NCBI GenBank assembly: GCA_011109175.1
Contig: RDEW01000037.1
Location: forward strand, 105,770-158,291
Direction: 5' to 3'
Origin: Dicyema japonicum
Taxonomy: Eukaryota; Animalia; Dicyemida
DNA: 52,522 bases
The position numbers and the translations under genes are program-made. Below, in pieces: positions 50,340 to 52,522 of the stretch. The notes beneath the pieces were generated by a model. That model ran no database searches, was not told the DNA's origin, and worked only from the letters and a program-made list of their open reading frames with translations. Position 1 is the first letter of the stretch, and the number at the start of each line of letters is the position of its first letter.

Positions 50340-51600
50340 AAGAGTTAAGGAGTTTTCTGGAGGGTATTACATCTGAGTCCTACCATAAGACTTTGACTTC
50401 ACACCTGGACCCTTCCTCCTTTATTTTTTGCATTAATTAATTTTTTTTCAGGACGTTTCTCCCAGCTTAATATGCGTGCCCTTGATCTTTGATCTTTTCC
50501 TGAAACCATTGATCCGATCTTCCACAAACGTCCTTTTAACTTTAACAACTTTATTAGCAAGGAAAAATTAAAGAGGGATTTATTTGGCCTCATGCCGCAA
50601 GTCCTGCAAACACTTGACTCTTCTCTGCGCTCTCAGACCCTTCTTATCGTTTATTCTGTGAAGCAACAGTCAATGATGGCATCTCTTTTCAGGTAGTTCT
50701 CCATCCTTTTTCTGCTGCATTTCAGGTAGTTCACATTACTAGCAAATTTTCATTTTCATCTAGCTTCTCGTCGAGCCTTTTGTATAAGGCAATCTTGATC
50801 CCTGCTCTCCTCGATTTTTCAAGAAGCAAGATAAAACGCTCTTTGCATGCAGTGTAATACCATCCTTCCAGTCCATAAAGGAGTGATGGAATGATCGTAC
50901 GTGAAAAAATAAATAAAAACATATCCGTTTCGAGTCTCAATTTTCTCATACACAATATCGCATGGTGGGCTTTCTTCCTTTTGAGTTTAAAATCGCACAA
51001 TGTGCTCCCAGATTTCTCAAAAGCTGTTCCGAGATACTTCAGGGAGCTCACAATGTTGATTCCGCATACGGAGTCTTTCTGATTTCCTTTACCATTCCGA
51101 CCGAAGAACATCATTGCACTAGATTTTTTCTGACAGTTTTAACTCATGAAGACCGCACCAATCTTTTATCTCTTCCATGTACACATTGAGTCTCCTCTCT
51201 GAGATCATGCTCGATCTCGACACATCAGACAGTAGCACGTCGTCTGCGTATATCAGAGATTTCGTACTTGGTGTAGACGGAGACAGGAAACCGGCCATTA
51301 GAACATTAAACAATATAGGGCTCAAAATTGATCCTTGTGGGACTCCTCTCTTCAATAATATCATATTTGAAAAATAACGTCCGCATCTAACATAGGATTT
51401 TCTTCCTTCTAGGTACACTTTCACCCAATTCACTAGTTCCTTTAAGCTCCCCGTCCGAGATAACTGATCGATTATGGCTCTGTGGTTAACACTGTCAAAT
51501 GCTTTTGATATGTCGAGACATATGACATTCAGGAGACATTTGGATTCTCTGGCTTTGCATAACTCGGAGTTGAGATGAATAAGCAATCACCGCATGACCT
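50340..51600 (-). mobile_element. I/Jockey-group LINE RT and C-terminus
   Basis: ICLDISKAFDSV, GVPQGSILSPILF, YADD and KYLGTAF. Same family as 22539-25190. Confidence 0.88.
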
Positions 51601-51689
51601 GGGCGAAAATCCAAATTGATCATTTCTGAAATAATCTTCTTTTTCCAGCTGATTTGTAAGCCTCCAGAAGATAATTTTTTCCACTCTAT

Positions 51690-52522
51690 CTACTATTGTT
51701 CGAGGCCGTATATCAATGTCGGTCGATCGATATTTATCTTGCGGTCAGAGTGGTTACCTGCCTGGAAGATCCACGGCTGATGTTGTCTGGAGCAATCGCT
51801 GGATCATTCATTCGAGTCGGATTCACAACCAAGCCGAGACACTTTAAAACAGTGCTCTGCTCGATCGACATACATAAGGCTTTTGACTCAGTCTCGAGGA
51901 AGATTCTATCGAGAAAAATATTTCAATCGGAGATCCCAGGGAAGCTAAAGCTTTGGATTATTAACTTCCTAAGTGGACGACGAGGAAGATTCTATCGAGA
52001 AAAATATTTCAATCGGAGATCCCAGGGAAGCTAAAGCTTTGGATTATTAACTTCCTAAGTGGACGAAGGAGACGTGTTTGCCTCGGAGGTCTGAAATCAA
52101 TCTCACGGTTCCTCCCCAACGGAGTCCCTCAAGGATCTCCTTTATCCCCTGCTCTGTTTAACCTTTTTCTGGCTGATATCCCGAGTCTTGAATCTGAGAA
52201 TGATGTTCTACTATCCTATGCGGATGATATTGTGTTGGCTTCGCGAGATCAGGACATCCAGAGGGCTACTGAAAGAATACAAATTAACCTGGACAGGCTT
52301 AATGCCTGATAATGGAAAACCGGCTCGTGGTGAATGCAGAGAAGTCGTCTACGTCACTATTTACCTCGGACAAAAAATTGGGAAGGAAGACAGTCACCTT
52401 GAAGTTAAACAAGGTCGGCATCCCTTTCCACAGATGTCAAAGGATCTTGGGTGTAACAATTGATATGCATCTCTGTTTAACACCTCACGTAGAAAACATT
52501 CTATTGAAATGCGAGAAGAAAC
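51690..52522 (+). mobile_element. I/Ingi-group LINE RT fragment with internal 86-bp tandem duplication
   Basis: DIHKAFDSV, NGVPQGSPLSP and YADD. 51895-51980 is repeated at 51981-52066. Confidence 0.88.

Overview
AT-rich eukaryotic window that is mostly decayed, nested transposons plus a ~94-bp satellite array (1-3583). It holds three host protein genes (striatin-like, TMEM272-like, MCM5) and one tRNA-Met gene. I delimited 24 introns by hand and all are 22-26 nt (mode 22). The proteins look animal-like, so the source is probably a reduced parasitic metazoan such as a myxozoan or dicyemid (inference only). TEs include CRE/SLACS-type and R4/Dong-type restriction-like-endonuclease retrotransposons, RTE and I/Ingi/Jockey-group LINEs, pogo, hAT and IS630/Tc1 DNA transposons, and a tRNA-derived SINE. 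The best lead is an Ingi/Vingi-like LINE family whose 5' end carries a covarying nested pseudoknot with HDV-ribozyme topology, found in five divergent copies. In three copies it is followed by a short leader, a StopGo/2A peptide (GDVETNPGP, or a decayed form) and the AP endonuclease. The other two copies lie in a ~330-bp, TSD-flanked, internally deleted non-autonomous derivative. All base-pairing, splice and frame assignments were read by eye. No database search or folding program was run, and TE boundaries without TIRs or TSDs are approximate.
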